From Phoronis australis (taxonomy: Eukaryota > Animalia > Phoronida), in assembly GCA_002633005.1 (NCBI GenBank), contig NMRA01000494.1, positions 206,187 to 270,186 on the forward strand: a stretch of 64,000 nt of DNA. Direction: 5' to 3'. The notes beneath the pieces are model-generated. The model did not search any database. It was not told the origin of the DNA and worked only from the letters and a program-made list of their open reading frames with translations. Shown in pieces: positions 38,112 through 50,789 of the stretch; positions within the stretch are counted from its first letter, which is position 1; each line of letters starts with the position of its first letter. The position numbers and the translations under genes are program-made.

Positions 38112-39550
38112 TGCTCAGGGCGCTTAGAAAAATTCGTTTCAGGGGACGCGCTTATTGTAACCCAAGCCGTGTGAAATCGGAAGCTAAGATTCATCATATT
38201 TACGCTCTGTGCTGTATCTGTAACCTATGACAGACTTTCTTCAAAAATGCGATGCATTGCTATCAAACTTTGCTGTTAAATTACAATTATTTTACAGAAA
38301 ATTGTGCTGAAATCCCAGGGCGAAACTCGCTGACTGACTGCCTCGCAAACGTTGATATGGCAACTGGAATGCTTGAATAAAAATAGTTTCAACTCGAGCA
38401 AATTACCTGAAATTCTCCTTCATTTTTTCAAACAGCCTCCCTAACTTTTTTAAGTTCCCGTGGAGTCGGGATTAACTGCAGGATAAGTATAAATCTGTGC
38501 TACATCGTTCCATATCTGATCGAGCAACACGAAAAAAATCTCTGGACAAACACACATGTTGTTGTCACGTGACGATGGTTTTGAAGTTCGTCTGCCTGTG
38601 CGAGCGAGCGATCGCGTGTGTGTCACCGGAGTTCATTCGCCAGACTAAACGCAATCCAACGAGCTAGATGTGAATTGTACCTAAAGAATTCAGCAAAAGC
38701 AGTAGGCATATAGGAGAATGTGTTTCATTGAGCACTTGCCGGTCTGATGCGCTAAAAACGTTTGACATTTGTCTCGGTCAGGCCCATTAGTTGCCGAGTG
38801 GCTGGGTGCGTACGTGACTATCTGACAGTGTAAGGGTGTGTAAGAAGTCACTGTCAGTGGTCAGTTTATTGGATACTTGGCATAGAAACACCCATTATGA
38901 TTAATCAAACGACCTCTCTTAAAAATAACTCAAACTTTTTTTATGGCATTAGAAACTGTCGGAAAAAAGTGCCATTGTTCATTTCTGGCCGATGCTATGC
39001 TACCTGTTTTATGAATGGATAGTTACCGACTAATGTCTTTGATGACATGCATGTAGTGCGCGCATTCTGGTCACGTGATTTTATCACTGGTCAAGTTTTT
39101 TATTAGTTTTCGATTTCCGGTTGCCACGTGTACAAAGAAATTTGGATTCCTACTGAGGGCCTGAAATATCTACATTGTATAGTACAATCCCGTTCATCGA
39201 CATGTACACTACATCTGTTCTGAAAGCCAGACCATAGTGGGACACATTCCTTGCAAGAACAGCAAAACGTTTGTGTTCGTTTTGAGGCACGGCAGAAGTT
39301 TGAATTGTATAGTCCGTCTAAATACCGATATAGCAGCGAATCTCGTGGTCTGCAAATTCCACGCACAATGATTTTTTCTGGACTGTCGAATATTATTGAT
39401 AAATTAAAGACATTACTGTAGAAATTTAGGACTATGGGAAAGGCATTGTTTCACACATATATGTTGTTGGGGTGAGTGCTGATTTTAGCAAAGTTTGAAA
39501 ACGCGGGGTAGCTTATAGAGGTATGGGCGGTTTTTAGGGCGAATTCGGTA
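38112..39550. mobile_element. Non-autonomous DNA element ending ...TAGGGCGAATTCGGTA (Tc1/mariner/pogo-type MITE end); inverted relative at 57190-57427
   Basis: 38115-38280 matches the reverse complement of 57205-57400; both copies carry the terminus tagggcgaatWcggta. Confidence 0.55.
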
Positions 39551-41651
39551 GTTCATTATGCTTGTTTTACTGATGGTATAATTTTTGGTACTGTTACTGG
39601 TAAACGCTTCTGATTTGACAATGACAACATTGGTATGATTCTGGCAATCGCAGCACTCCCTGAAAATATTTGTTCACAGCATATTTGTTGTTTGTGATTA
39701 ATACATTTTGATGACAGTTTTTCCTCACAACAGCTATTATTTTTGGTATAATTATGATTTAGTTGAAGTCACTGTAGTTGCTGTTTATTTACACTTATTT
39801 TTTTACTTGTGTCGTTCTTTTGGAACTCACCGGTCAGGATTGGGCCTATAAAGGTATATGCAGATGGGTAGCTAAAACTCGAACTTACAGCAGACAGGGA
39901 GACTAAATGCTTGCTGGCCTGTGAGCTAGATGTAGTATAAAGTGTAGTCCAACACATGCAGTTACAACAATGAAGTCTCTGATTGTTACTGTTTTTTCTC
40001 AGAAATCTCACTCTGATTAGTCATACAACCTGACAACCAGCTTCAGAGCTGTAAGTGGTCTAAAATAAAAGTTAAATTTGCGGTGGAAGGCCTGTTGCGT
40101 TTATGGCCACTAATGAGTTAAATATTCTTTCCAAGCTTGTTTTTTAAACAGACTTGTATTCCAATGCTTACTATTATGTCACCTATTTCGACAGGAAAAT
40201 TGGTTGCACGGAAAGAATATGAGATTGAAGAGGGGATGGTTTTGGAGAATCCTACTTCTGAAAGCCAACCATTAGAACTAGTGGTTGAGGAATGCGCTGC
40301 TGCATCTTCAATGAGACCCTTCACCAGTTCCTGCAATCGAAAGACAAAGATGTTTTTACGTCCCGAAGATGGGTGCAACAGCACTTTGGCCACTCGAAAG
40401 AACTAGAGCACAATGTTACGTGATGTTCTATATTACATCCCAACAAAAAGTGAAGCTGTTGTGGAACATGCTAATCAAAAGCCTTTGTAGTCGTGGCTTG
40501 GGTATTCCGACAAATTTAGGCTGGATTTTGGACGTGGAGTAATGTATCAATACGACTTCTTGAACAGCACGACTCTCTGAACACAGCATCTGAATTAGTA
40601 AGCTCATTTTGTGAATTCACAAAACATGGCTCACTCATGTAAAAGCCATGGGTCCTGATCTTGCATCCTCTAAGAAACAAGCTCATGGACTGCAAACACA
40701 GCTTGCGTACCTACATGTATAAACACTAATCACGCACTCTTCCATGATCCTTAGTAACATGAGTTTTTTAGCTGTGATTTTTGATCGCAAAAGCAGTGTT
40801 TTGTGTATTATTGCAATTAGCTGAGTGGGTGGTGTTCATGGGAGTTCAACCATTCCTGTTCATGTAGACCGCAAATGGACTTGATATTATATACTATCGT
40901 AATGAATTAATTTTGTGTTCGCAGGTGTAAAACTGCAGGCATCTATTACCCGAACAGGATCATCATACAGCACAATGGGGTGGGCTCTGAAATCAGCTCG
41001 AAGGTCTGAAAGAATGACTTAAAATGTAAAGGTGTTTTTGACTGATGTGTTCAATGAAGACACGGAAACTGGTCAAAAATCGATCCAGTGAGGTGTTCTC
41101 AATTGCAAATATTTTTCAGTTACGATTATTGTATTTTCAAGTTAACACAAGTTGTGTTTATTCTGCACGTCATTCTTAGTTTCTATAATTTCCGAGTTGT
41201 TGCACAGTGATGCAACAAGTATAGTAAAATTTAATGGTTTCGGAAAGCATACATGTAAACTAGCCAAAAATTACGAAGGGGTAGTTTTCTGTAAAGAAAG
41301 TAAGTTTTTAAATAAAACTATTTTAGGTGTTGATCATTCCACCTAAGAGTAAAGTTAAGCTATATTTCAAAACATCCATGTCGGGTCACGTTCCTGCATC
41401 TGCCTGACTTTCTCATGCAGTGACTTAAATTCTTTCAGTTATCACTACTCTGTTTTCAAGAATTATTTCATATATTGCATTCCAAAATCGTTTCCTCTGC
41501 GAATATAGAATACAAATTATGCGATACATTAATTAAATTTACAATCTTCAGCACAAAATCTGTTTCCTTCTTATTTTAGAACTTCCAGACACTATTGTAT
41601 CACAGATAGGTTTATACAAAAATGTTTTGAAAAAGATGCAATAAGTGAGGA

Positions 41652-41655
<4 letters not shown>

Positions 41656-41686
<31 letters not shown>
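41656..41686. repeat. (TG)n microsatellite
   Basis: Perfect TG run. Confidence 0.97.
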
Positions 41687-41687
<1 letters not shown>

Positions 41688-42063
41688 GCAGTGCATTTGA
41701 AACCTTTAAAAACATGGTTGTGGAAAGTATCCGTAACTTCGTGAAAATTGTTTAGTACGAGATTCATAGGCTCTTAACTAGACAACGCGAGGTATTCTTA
41801 AATAAATACATAACATGAAGGACGTATTTTGAATGATGACACATATTAGTTGTAATTTTGAGGCTACTGATTCCTTTCCTTAAAAGTATTTGACACAGGC
41901 TTATTGATAAATACTTCAGTGATCAGACGATTAGTAGTTATACACAAGTAAATTACTCCATGTATTATTATTTTCAAAAAGGTATTTAGCACCTTACTAT
42001 TCATGTGGAATCAATAACACTTACTGTACATGTAAGTGCAATGATCATTATTTTGACGTTAGA

Positions 42064-42065
<2 letters not shown>

Positions 42066-42123
<58 letters not shown>

Positions 42124-42130
42124 TGCGCGC

Positions 42131-42180
<50 letters not shown>

Positions 42181-42192
42181 GTGTGCGTGTGT
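42066..42192. repeat. Compound (TG)n-(CG)n-(TG)n microsatellite
   Basis: Alternating purine-pyrimidine tract with a central CG run at ~42125-42145. Confidence 0.97.
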
Positions 42193-42840
42193 TTGCGTTA
42201 GTGTGACAGAGTGAAAATCCTAATCCTTGTTCACTCTTTAAAAATTATAAGTGTATATTGTGGAAGAATAAGTTTATAATTCACATAAATAGATGTTGCA
42301 CATTCCGTCTGTCAGAAATAAATGATTGAACAAATGAGAAAGCATTTATCTGCAAAATTCGGATAGGTAGGCGAAGAAATATGTTCATCGCATTTTTGTA
42401 AATGTGACAAAATCCTGAATTTCTGCTGAAGTATTGTACCAAACGGTACCAAAAGTCTAATTAATATACATGTATAAAGATATAGTTTGGAAGAATGCCT
42501 GACTATATTACTGACAGGAACTTTGAGGGATCTATATTCAAAAATATTTGTCTTGATAGGGTATCGTTTGCTTCTGCAATTTATATTCATTTGAGCGTAA
42601 TTTAGTGACTACATTTCATATTAATTTTTCATATCGTTTCCTACTGAACAAAGTGAACCAACAGCACGTAAAATTAGGGCGATTGGTTGAAACAATGACA
42701 ATCAGTTGATAAACTTTTCACGTCGACGATTTCAATAGAACTGACGTGAGTTCCGCTGTTGACAAACATCGCGCCAAGTCGACAGCCACGCAGCTTCACA
42801 GTCCAACCTTAAGTGTCATGCTGAAAAGGCGGTAGCGGCA

Positions 42841-43201
42841 ATGCTTCTGGTTCAGATGCATCTGTTCAAAATCGACAACGCCGTTTCTGCGTTTCTCGTT
42901 CTGTTTTTTGTTAAAGTCGAAGTCCAAGAAATTGGTGTGGGATACTACAACGGCGTAGAGAACACGCGCGTAGAAGGCCCAAAAACCACTGTTGTCCAGT
43001 ACCCGGTCTGGAGCTCACTGAAATGTGCTTCAGAATGTTCTCGCGACGAATCGTGCGACGCCTTCGCGTTTAATGAGTGTGGTAACCTCTGTCACAAATA
43101 CTGTATTGACGACTATTCCCCAGGATCGTTGGTGACTGCAAATGGTTGGAAGTACTATAAAAAAGACTCGAACAACTTAGGTAGTTGTACAATGATGCCA
43201 G
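42841..43201 (+). CDS. Exon 1 of PAN/Apple-TLDc gene: hydrophobic leader plus PAN/Apple domain
   Basis: ATG; AVSAFLVLFFV hydrophobic stretch; SSLKCASECSRDESCDAFAFNECGNLCHKY...GWKYY (PAN C-x3-C-x5-C-x2-F...C). Phase-1 donor G|gtaaaa, with an alternative phase-1 donor at 43180. Confidence 0.85.
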
Positions 43202-45578
43202 GTAAAATATTTTTTTTACAATAAGTAATTTATTTCAACTAGATCGAGCCATCTCTTTGCACAGGTCAACTTCAGATAGTGTTTTATTTGCAAACTTAGA
43301 CCATGCGTCTAAAATGTACTATATTCAAAATATTGCGTTTGCAGGAAGAAAATTGTTAAACGATTTCTACTTCAGATGGGCCACTCAAATCTAAGACAAT
43401 GAATGTTTCATTTTCAGTTTCTTTTAATTTACTATTGAAAATCACTTTGAAGGTATACCAACTTCAAGTGTTTCATGTAACTCAACCACACTCATGATTA
43501 TTGAACCGTAAGGCAAAACTGACATAACTGTTGACTTCAATCGCTGAATCACTAGTGTAAATTTAAACAACTATAACTCTTAAAGCACAAAATTGACCAT
43601 TTAAAGACACTCTCTTTTGACATTCGCCAGCTACCATGCCTATGACTGGACCAAAGCATTACAGGTAAAGCAGCTTCTCTAACGCCCTCAGTGGACCAGG
43701 AGCCCGTTCCATGAAAACTGACAAAAACAACTTCAAGAAAAATCTTGAATTTCAGTCAATTTGAAGATAAACTTCAGTTTTTGCACCAGCCTTAGGGTTC
43801 TTGCGTTATTCAACAAGCTTCGCTAGTGAAAAACTACTGTTTCACATTTATGTTCGAGACATTACTTAGTAAGAACCGTTCCTAGTACAATGACTTATGC
43901 TGAAAAGATTAGTCGTTGATTTTGGAAGACTAAATGTATTGAATAGGTTTCGTAAATTATGAAATATTATTCACACTGCTTGTAACATGAGCAAAGGGTT
44001 TTGCTCATGCGTATTTGTAATGCCTTAGGACGACAGAAGTTAGGTCAGTTCTAAAACAAACTTTAAATTACTGACTAATGGATTTCTAATTTTTGACATG
44101 ACGAACATTCTTTCATTATCCACTGTAATTGCTTTTGCGTTTCCCCACAAATATATAGATAACAATTTATATAGATAACAATCACTTTTGTTTCGAATTC
44201 TTGTTTTCATCGCCAACGCAATAAAGGACGTGATGTTTGATTAAGCAATAACACTATCAATGGAGTAGTTCTAGTTCCCTTTTAAAGTTAAATAAGTGCT
44301 GGTACTTCTTGAAATAACAGGCTCAAATTGTCGAAGAAATGCTTCTAGGGTTTGTCCCTACTGACTGGAAATCCGTGAACCTCTGATATATTTCATTTCA
44401 GTTTAAACGATTGTTTGCCGTAACAAAGCGCGCAAGCCTGCTTTATTTTGCATCATTGACAACGTTAACACTGTGAAGGTCTCAAAATTCAAGACTTAGC
44501 AGGCACATGTATTTTGGTAATTTCTGCTGCATTGTGCTGAACTCACCAAAGCCTTGCGACTAAATTGAAAACCTGATACTGTTGACACTTTCTTGTGGGG
44601 ATGTCTAAGTGTCTTAATAATACAAGATGCATCAGTTTAAATGTAGTACCAGAAATATGCACCGTGTTCTGAATTAAGCAAAAAAGGCTCTAAAATTTGA
44701 GAAGCCTCTTGCTGAGAAGTAGTGCTGTATTTTTCCGTCGAGAAATTCCAGTTAGTTTTGTACTTAGAAAACAGTTCTATTAATTGCAATTAACGTAAAT
44801 CAAAGGTGCGCAATCGACTCTCACTGCACAATATTTTCCCAGCATTGAGAATAAAACGGTCATGAACAGCTTGGTGTGCAGCTCGAACGCAGACACCGAG
44901 ACTTTTTAACCAATTTACCAAAACAGAGAACAGTTAAAATTACAATATTAATATTCAGCAGTTGAAATAGCAGCGCTCGCGCTGTGATGTACGAGACGTG
45001 TGGGTAGTGTCAGTTGTGCCAAGTCTGAAAACAGTTCATTTCGATTTCTCTACACACAAATGTGCCATTTTCCACAATGCATTGGTCTTACAAAATAAAA
45101 CCTGAGAACTGATGAAAAACAACGCGTGATTATAATTCAGAAGGTTTTATTAAACATTCTCGTTCCGTTTTTTTCAATTAAAAACCTCATTGAAAGAAAT
45201 TTGTCCCCAAGCCAATTTCAATAAAACGATTAACTAAAGGTGCAAATGATTACAGAATCAAGTTACTTCATTTTACCAGAATATAACCAGCGGAGAATTA
45301 CCAGAATAACTTTTTCATTTTCATTTCCTGCTGTACAACAACAAACAAGCTGCAACAGTTGAAATGTGCTAGACTTTATTTTTATTCTTTACCAGTAAAA
45401 CACCTAAAAAGAACACGGAATAGTGTAATTTATGAAATGTTCACCTTTTAATGGTGTCCCTTAATTGATCAAACTCTTTTTTACCCTAACCTCTGACAAT
45501 TTAGGACATGTGTATGCTGACCAGTTGATACATTGGCTTTGGAGTTCCTGTTACACTCAAATGTATTGTTTATTTCAG

Positions 45579-46088
45579 AATCCACTCTCTTGACCTCAGA
45601 CCAAGTAGCTCTGTTGTCTAAGTGGTTACCAGGTAAAGTATTTAGGCTCCTTTACCGGGCCACCAGAGACGGTATGTCAGCGTCAACGTTCCACGATAAA
45701 TGTGACTTTAAAGGTGCCACCTTCAGTATCGGAAAATATTATGGATCTAATGACACAGTTGGTGGTTATACCTCCCTGTCCTGGGAGAGTTCCTCAAGTT
45801 ACAAGAGCGATTCCACTGCCTTCGTATTTCGGTTGTGTGTTCAAGGATGTCTGTCAGCAAGGTACAACCATATTATGACAAACCATATGGATGTGTTCGA
45901 TACCGCAACGTATGGTCCAACTTTTGGCCTTGGTCACGACCTGTTATTCTTTTCCGGTAATGCCAGTTATGACAACACCAACAAGTACTTCTTGTCTGAC
46001 GGTTACTGCACCAAACTAGTATACTCCGGTGCCCTCCACTGTGGATCAAGTGTTAAGTGGACAGACGTTGAGGTTTGGAATGTCGTTG
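45579..46088 (+). CDS. Exon 2 of PAN/Apple-TLDc gene: complete TLDc domain
   Basis: tatttcag|AA...G|gtaaga, 510 bp, phase 1-1; LLYRATRDG..FHDKCD.KGAT...GGYTS.SW...AFVF...YGPTFG.GHDL...DVEVW. Confidence 0.93.
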
Positions 46089-47922
46089 GTAAGACTTGCT
46101 CTTCATTTGGAACTGAATCACTCATTGAGACCACTGTCTATCACGGGATGTGCACACACATTCTCACTTATCTTTATTTGCAAAAAAAACGTGTTTTTAA
46201 AACAGTTCTATGGTTGATAATTACCGTAGTTTCAATGTAAGATAATGTCTTACACTCTAAAGTACGCATACGGAATACAAATTATTCAAACCCCGATGTT
46301 GTTGTTGCGTGTTGTTTTTCTGTTATTCTCCGATGCGTAGGTTTTCTGCCAGCTAATTATAGGTTAAATGTTTGTGATCGATTGGATAAAATGTCTTACG
46401 GCATTGTTTAGTGATATCACGTTCTTTTCCGGTGAGTTCAATGACACATGCTGTTTCCCGTCATATATTTTACAAGTTACCAATTTGTCTGTGATGTTCC
46501 GGAATGTCCACGAGGCAACAAACGTCCCATAATTATAAGATGAAAAACAACAGCAGCGCTAAGTGTGAAATTCCTTAAATTACAGCACGCCAGAAGTACT
46601 GATTAAAGACCAGAAGTACTGACAATAGTCACAAGTGAAAGCTTGTGAATTTACGTATTCCGCTTATTCGTGGTAGGAAATTTTGCTAAGACATAAAACT
46701 CGTAAATAGCCTTAGAGAGCGTAGCCGTATTTATGTCACCGTATGTATGTAGGTGTCGTGTATGACCGCGTGTAGTGAACGACTATTGAATTAAAACTGG
46801 CAGAAAACGAACCTCCTGTTATGTTTTGCTCACATATTTTAAATGCAATAATGGTAAATTATGTCAAGAGATCTGTATCTCAATCTATGAACAAAATAAA
46901 GATTAGTGGTTATTAAATGATAAATTGCGGTGCCAGGTGAACATCCTGTACCAATTTGGCTTGTGCAAGGACATGTACGGCCAGAATAAAAGATTTCTAT
47001 TGATCAATGCTAAATTCCACGGCCTGTAGCGTTCGGGGGCACAAAACAGTGCTCACTGGGTTTTGCGCAGCAAAACATATTACTGGATTTGTCACCCCTT
47101 TTTCACTCTGTCGAAAACTGGGTGCAAAAAATGACATGTTTTAAGCCATTTCACATAAACAGCTCTTCAGATAAGCACAGAAACTTTATTTTGTCTCGTA
47201 TTTTCGGATCTTTAGGTTCTAGGGAAGTCAACATTAGATTCTGAATGAAAATTTACCACCAATTCTGAAATTATGGTCCAAAAGTACAGTCAACCAACTC
47301 GTTTTTGGCAATTCTGTCTTGATTGAGGGCGACCTGAAGTTGCAGTCAATGCAATGTCTACCTAGAAAATGCCAATTTGTCCCTTTGTAAGGGAGACCTT
47401 GTGTTTGTAGCCCAGCTTCTCTGACAAGTGTTCTTTGTTCGTTTCCCGTAGATATAATTTGCAGACGCAACTTCCCCCAGTTCCAAGTGTATTTTCTTCT
47501 TAGGTGCGAAAAATATTACAACACCTGATGGGTGCTTTTATTGTGATTTTGTCGAATGCGTTCGATAAAGTTCTTCGAAGGATATCACAGGAGATATTAC
47601 ACATACTCTGTGCACGTGGTAACGATGGTAACGTACATTCAGTCTTGAAATTCATGAATGGTAAATGTTGATTGAGTGAAGGAAAATAAGATTGTCAGCA
47701 ACCTTCACGACTACTCCGTTGGCATCGGACATGTGTGTTTGCTTTGGATTCTGTTGTTGGTGATGTATCGGAACGATTTTTGTGACTACTAGAAAATATC
47801 CAAAACGTTAAAGGGATTCAGTAAAGTCACCTTGCTGTTCATAGACTATTATGCCAGCCTACAAATTGTAATAGTCATCGTAGATTACATAACATGGTAA
47901 TTTTAATCTATCTCTGTTTCAG

Positions 47923-47933
47923 ATGTGTCCTGA
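47923..47933 (+). CDS. Candidate terminal exon (DVS-stop) of the PAN-TLDc gene
   Basis: Strong acceptor tctctgtttcag|ATGTGTCCTGA; in phase 1 it reads D-V-S-stop. Confidence 0.4.
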
Positions 47934-49089
47934 CTCATTGGAAAATACAGAACGCGCGTCCTGAGCCAACCTAGCTCGTTTTAAGAACGAAACTTAAGCG
48001 AAGAAAATATGAATTGGACCTTAATGTCTCAAATGTGTTGTCGTATGGATGTTGAAGAGCCATCCCGGGGTGAATGTTAAGAGTAATAAAAACTACGAAG
48101 ATTAACGAATGACCGTCCATGAAAAGATTCCGCAACCAGCGAATTCTATTCATTCATTTACCGATTCCTTATATCTAGACGGTAGTCTACTCAGGTTATG
48201 ATAGCTTTCCTGCAGGCTTCTTTAAATGTAACCGAACAAATGCAAGCTGTGAAACGACTAAAAATAGAGGTACAATAGGTAGAAAACACCCCTACGTGTA
48301 GAAGGAACATCCTTTTTTGGCATACAAAATACGTTGTAGCAATCTGTGTTCGTTAGGGTCAGCAGGTGGGTACAGTCAGCTCTACACGTGCCGTAAGTTT
48401 GTATTTAATGCTCATCAAATGCGATTTATATTTCACTGAGATTCTGTCAAAGTCATTTTGACAACTTTAATGTCAAACCAATTAGATCAAATTGTTTGTT
48501 GTTTTTGTCAGTGACATTATGATTTTTTAATATAGACGTGAAAAGCACCAGTGACTCATCTGCTTGTACATGTAGTTTTTCAGTCCTACAAACCAAGCCG
48601 CGTTGCGACTTCACTTCCAAATTATGAAAATGAAACAAATCCATAAAGAACACATAATGTTCTAGCGTCCATAAAATATTTTCCACGCCACGCCGTAACC
48701 GACCTCCATGTAAGCTGTTCGAATGATCAAGTGTCCCACTGGGTGATCTAGAATTTCGCATGGAGGGGCAGCTGCAACTTTTGAAGAAAAATGTTCGTGC
48801 AACCTTAAAATGGAATGTCACCAAAGGCGTTTTTTGCCGACATGTACCTGATTTCGTTGTAACGCCGCCAGGATTATTTATTTAACAATGTACCCCCACT
48901 GAATACTAAAGCCACAATATTGACTTAAATTTATTGCGAATTTCAATGAATTACTAACTCATGGACAACACTTATTATTAATAAATGAACTGACGTAGCA
49001 ATCTAACTAATTAATTGGGTGCATATTTTTGATATCGTTAGTTATATAATCAAACAGTGCTTGTGATCAACTAATAATTTATCTTGTGG

Positions 49090-49716
49090 TCTCAACATGG
49101 TTCATTTAGTTTCCTATACTACAGCTCAACAAGTAACATGTTTAAAGAGATTATAAATGGGCAAAATAATTCGGCATGGATAGATATTTTGCGGGATGCA
49201 AGTCAATTTTGCATTGAAAAGATATTCGATGGAGTGGTAGTGCAGTCCACAGGGAATCACTTTTAGAAGGATGTGTTTTTTCAACATTTGAGCTTGGTTC
49301 AATATTAAACAAGGTTAAAGATGACAGGATACTGTCTCTTCTTTTATGGCATAACACAATGGTTAAAATTCGAGGAGAACCAATATTTTATACCACTTGG
49401 AATGAAACGGGTGTAAGATTCTTAGGTGACTTACTTGACGAAAACGGAAACTTCTTGTCATACAACAGTTTTGGTTTTGGTTTTAAAACTTTTTTACTCT
49501 CAGTTACGAGCTGAAAAAATGCTTAAAATTAACTTTCAAGTGTACATCGTTTTCAAGTGCAAAAGTGTCTCAACCAGTTATCCCACAACTCTGGAAAATT
49601 TTGGCGAAAACTTCAAAAGGTGTACTCGTGATATATGTATTTTTCTGACAACTGTGTTTCAAAAACCAAAGGGGTTAGGAAAATGGGAAAACACTTTTGA
49701 CTTTGCAAGATAAGCT
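49090..49716 (+). mobile_element. Degraded L1/Tx1-type LINE ORF2 C-terminal fragment
   Basis: NHF*KDVF...LLWHNTMVKIRGEPIFYTTWNETGVRFLGDLLDENGNFLSYNSF...KGLGKWE. Confidence 0.7.
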
Positions 49717-50789
49717 TACAATAAGAAAGCTGATAGTGACCCTGCAGGCTTTTGTTACAAGCAGTGGACGATACATTTGTACTAGAAACTGCCGTCTGTC
49801 AAAGCGATTAGCGTACCTCTTTATCAATTGATCTTTGGCAACCAGTGGATAAATTACACTCTAAGAGGATAAACGGGAATAATCGTTGCCTTTTCGATAT
49901 TTTAGTACGATTAAAAGGGATCCAATCGTATGCAGTTTATATAAAGTATATGTGATTGTATTTATTGTGGATGCTTAATCTACCTTGACGGGATTTAATG
50001 CCAGGTAAATTGTACATTTATTGGAACCCAGCATTTACAATATAGTAAGTACAATACAAAAACCCCAGAGTACATGTAAATCTTTGATACCAAACTTTGG
50101 TTGCCTGTACAAGTAGAGTAGCGGTAATTTTTGTGCTGATTTATCCAACAACGATTGAAAGCAGAAGTTCGAAGAACTATTAGATGTTATAAAATACAGC
50201 TGGGCTACACAAACATGTCCTACAGCTTTACGTTTGTAAAGAAAACAACAAATATGAAAGTTTTACCAAGATTTATATGATCAAATCAGGTGGTAAGCAA
50301 TGCTGCACTGTAGTAATTCAAGTTTAAACAAGTATTTGTTAGCAGCATCACAGGGTCTCAAAAGTGACTTAAAAGACTAATTCAGAAACGTGATCTGACG
50401 GTCCTCATAGTTACAGTAGTATTTTATAAAAATACGTAAATCCAACTTGAGCAAAAATCCAAAGTGTGTGAGAATATACACATACCTGTTGGTTACTGAG
50501 ATGATCTCAAAAAACTGTTCTTGTTGCGATGCCCGGATATTTGGTGACACATGACATACATGTAAGATCTAAGAACGTTTATGTTAAGACCGATTATCGG
50601 TACTAGTAAAGACCGAAGACCAAATTCAGAAAATCAGCATGTCAGTAACACTAAGTCTGTTTTTGGTGTTTTGTCTTATAACAAGGAGTTTACTCCTTGC
50701 TTGTAATACTTAGAAAGAATGTATTTGTGTCAATCATAGATTATTGACAACAGATTCGCAACTCCGGCATTTTCTTACGTGCTAGCCAA

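Larger units (their letters stand above)
34371..41425 (+). mobile_element. Decayed autonomous Sola3-like DNA transposon with nested insertions
   Basis: Left end TTAA|GAGTCGCTGCATGAGAACTTCAGGCA; right end TGCCTGACTTTCTCATGCAGTGACTTAA (inverted, 22/26 match). Spliced transposase relics: 35129-35548 (..WELIGNRS..ICPKNR..YPEH..FGSG|), 36453- (ICSSCRR), ~40350 (MFLRPEDGC) and ~40975-41090 (MGWALKSARRSER..FLTDVFNE..TGQKS). Confidence 0.7.

Noticed and set aside
46089-46240. Hydrophobic C-terminus of ORF 45533-46240 as a transmembrane anchor
   Set aside because: Lies after a consensus G|gtaaga donor, so probably intron read-through; only intron-retention reads would revive it
47340-47370. CSQCNVYL resembling a piggyBac C-terminal cysteine motif
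   Set aside because: Remaining conserved Cys/His residues absent and no other transposase signal
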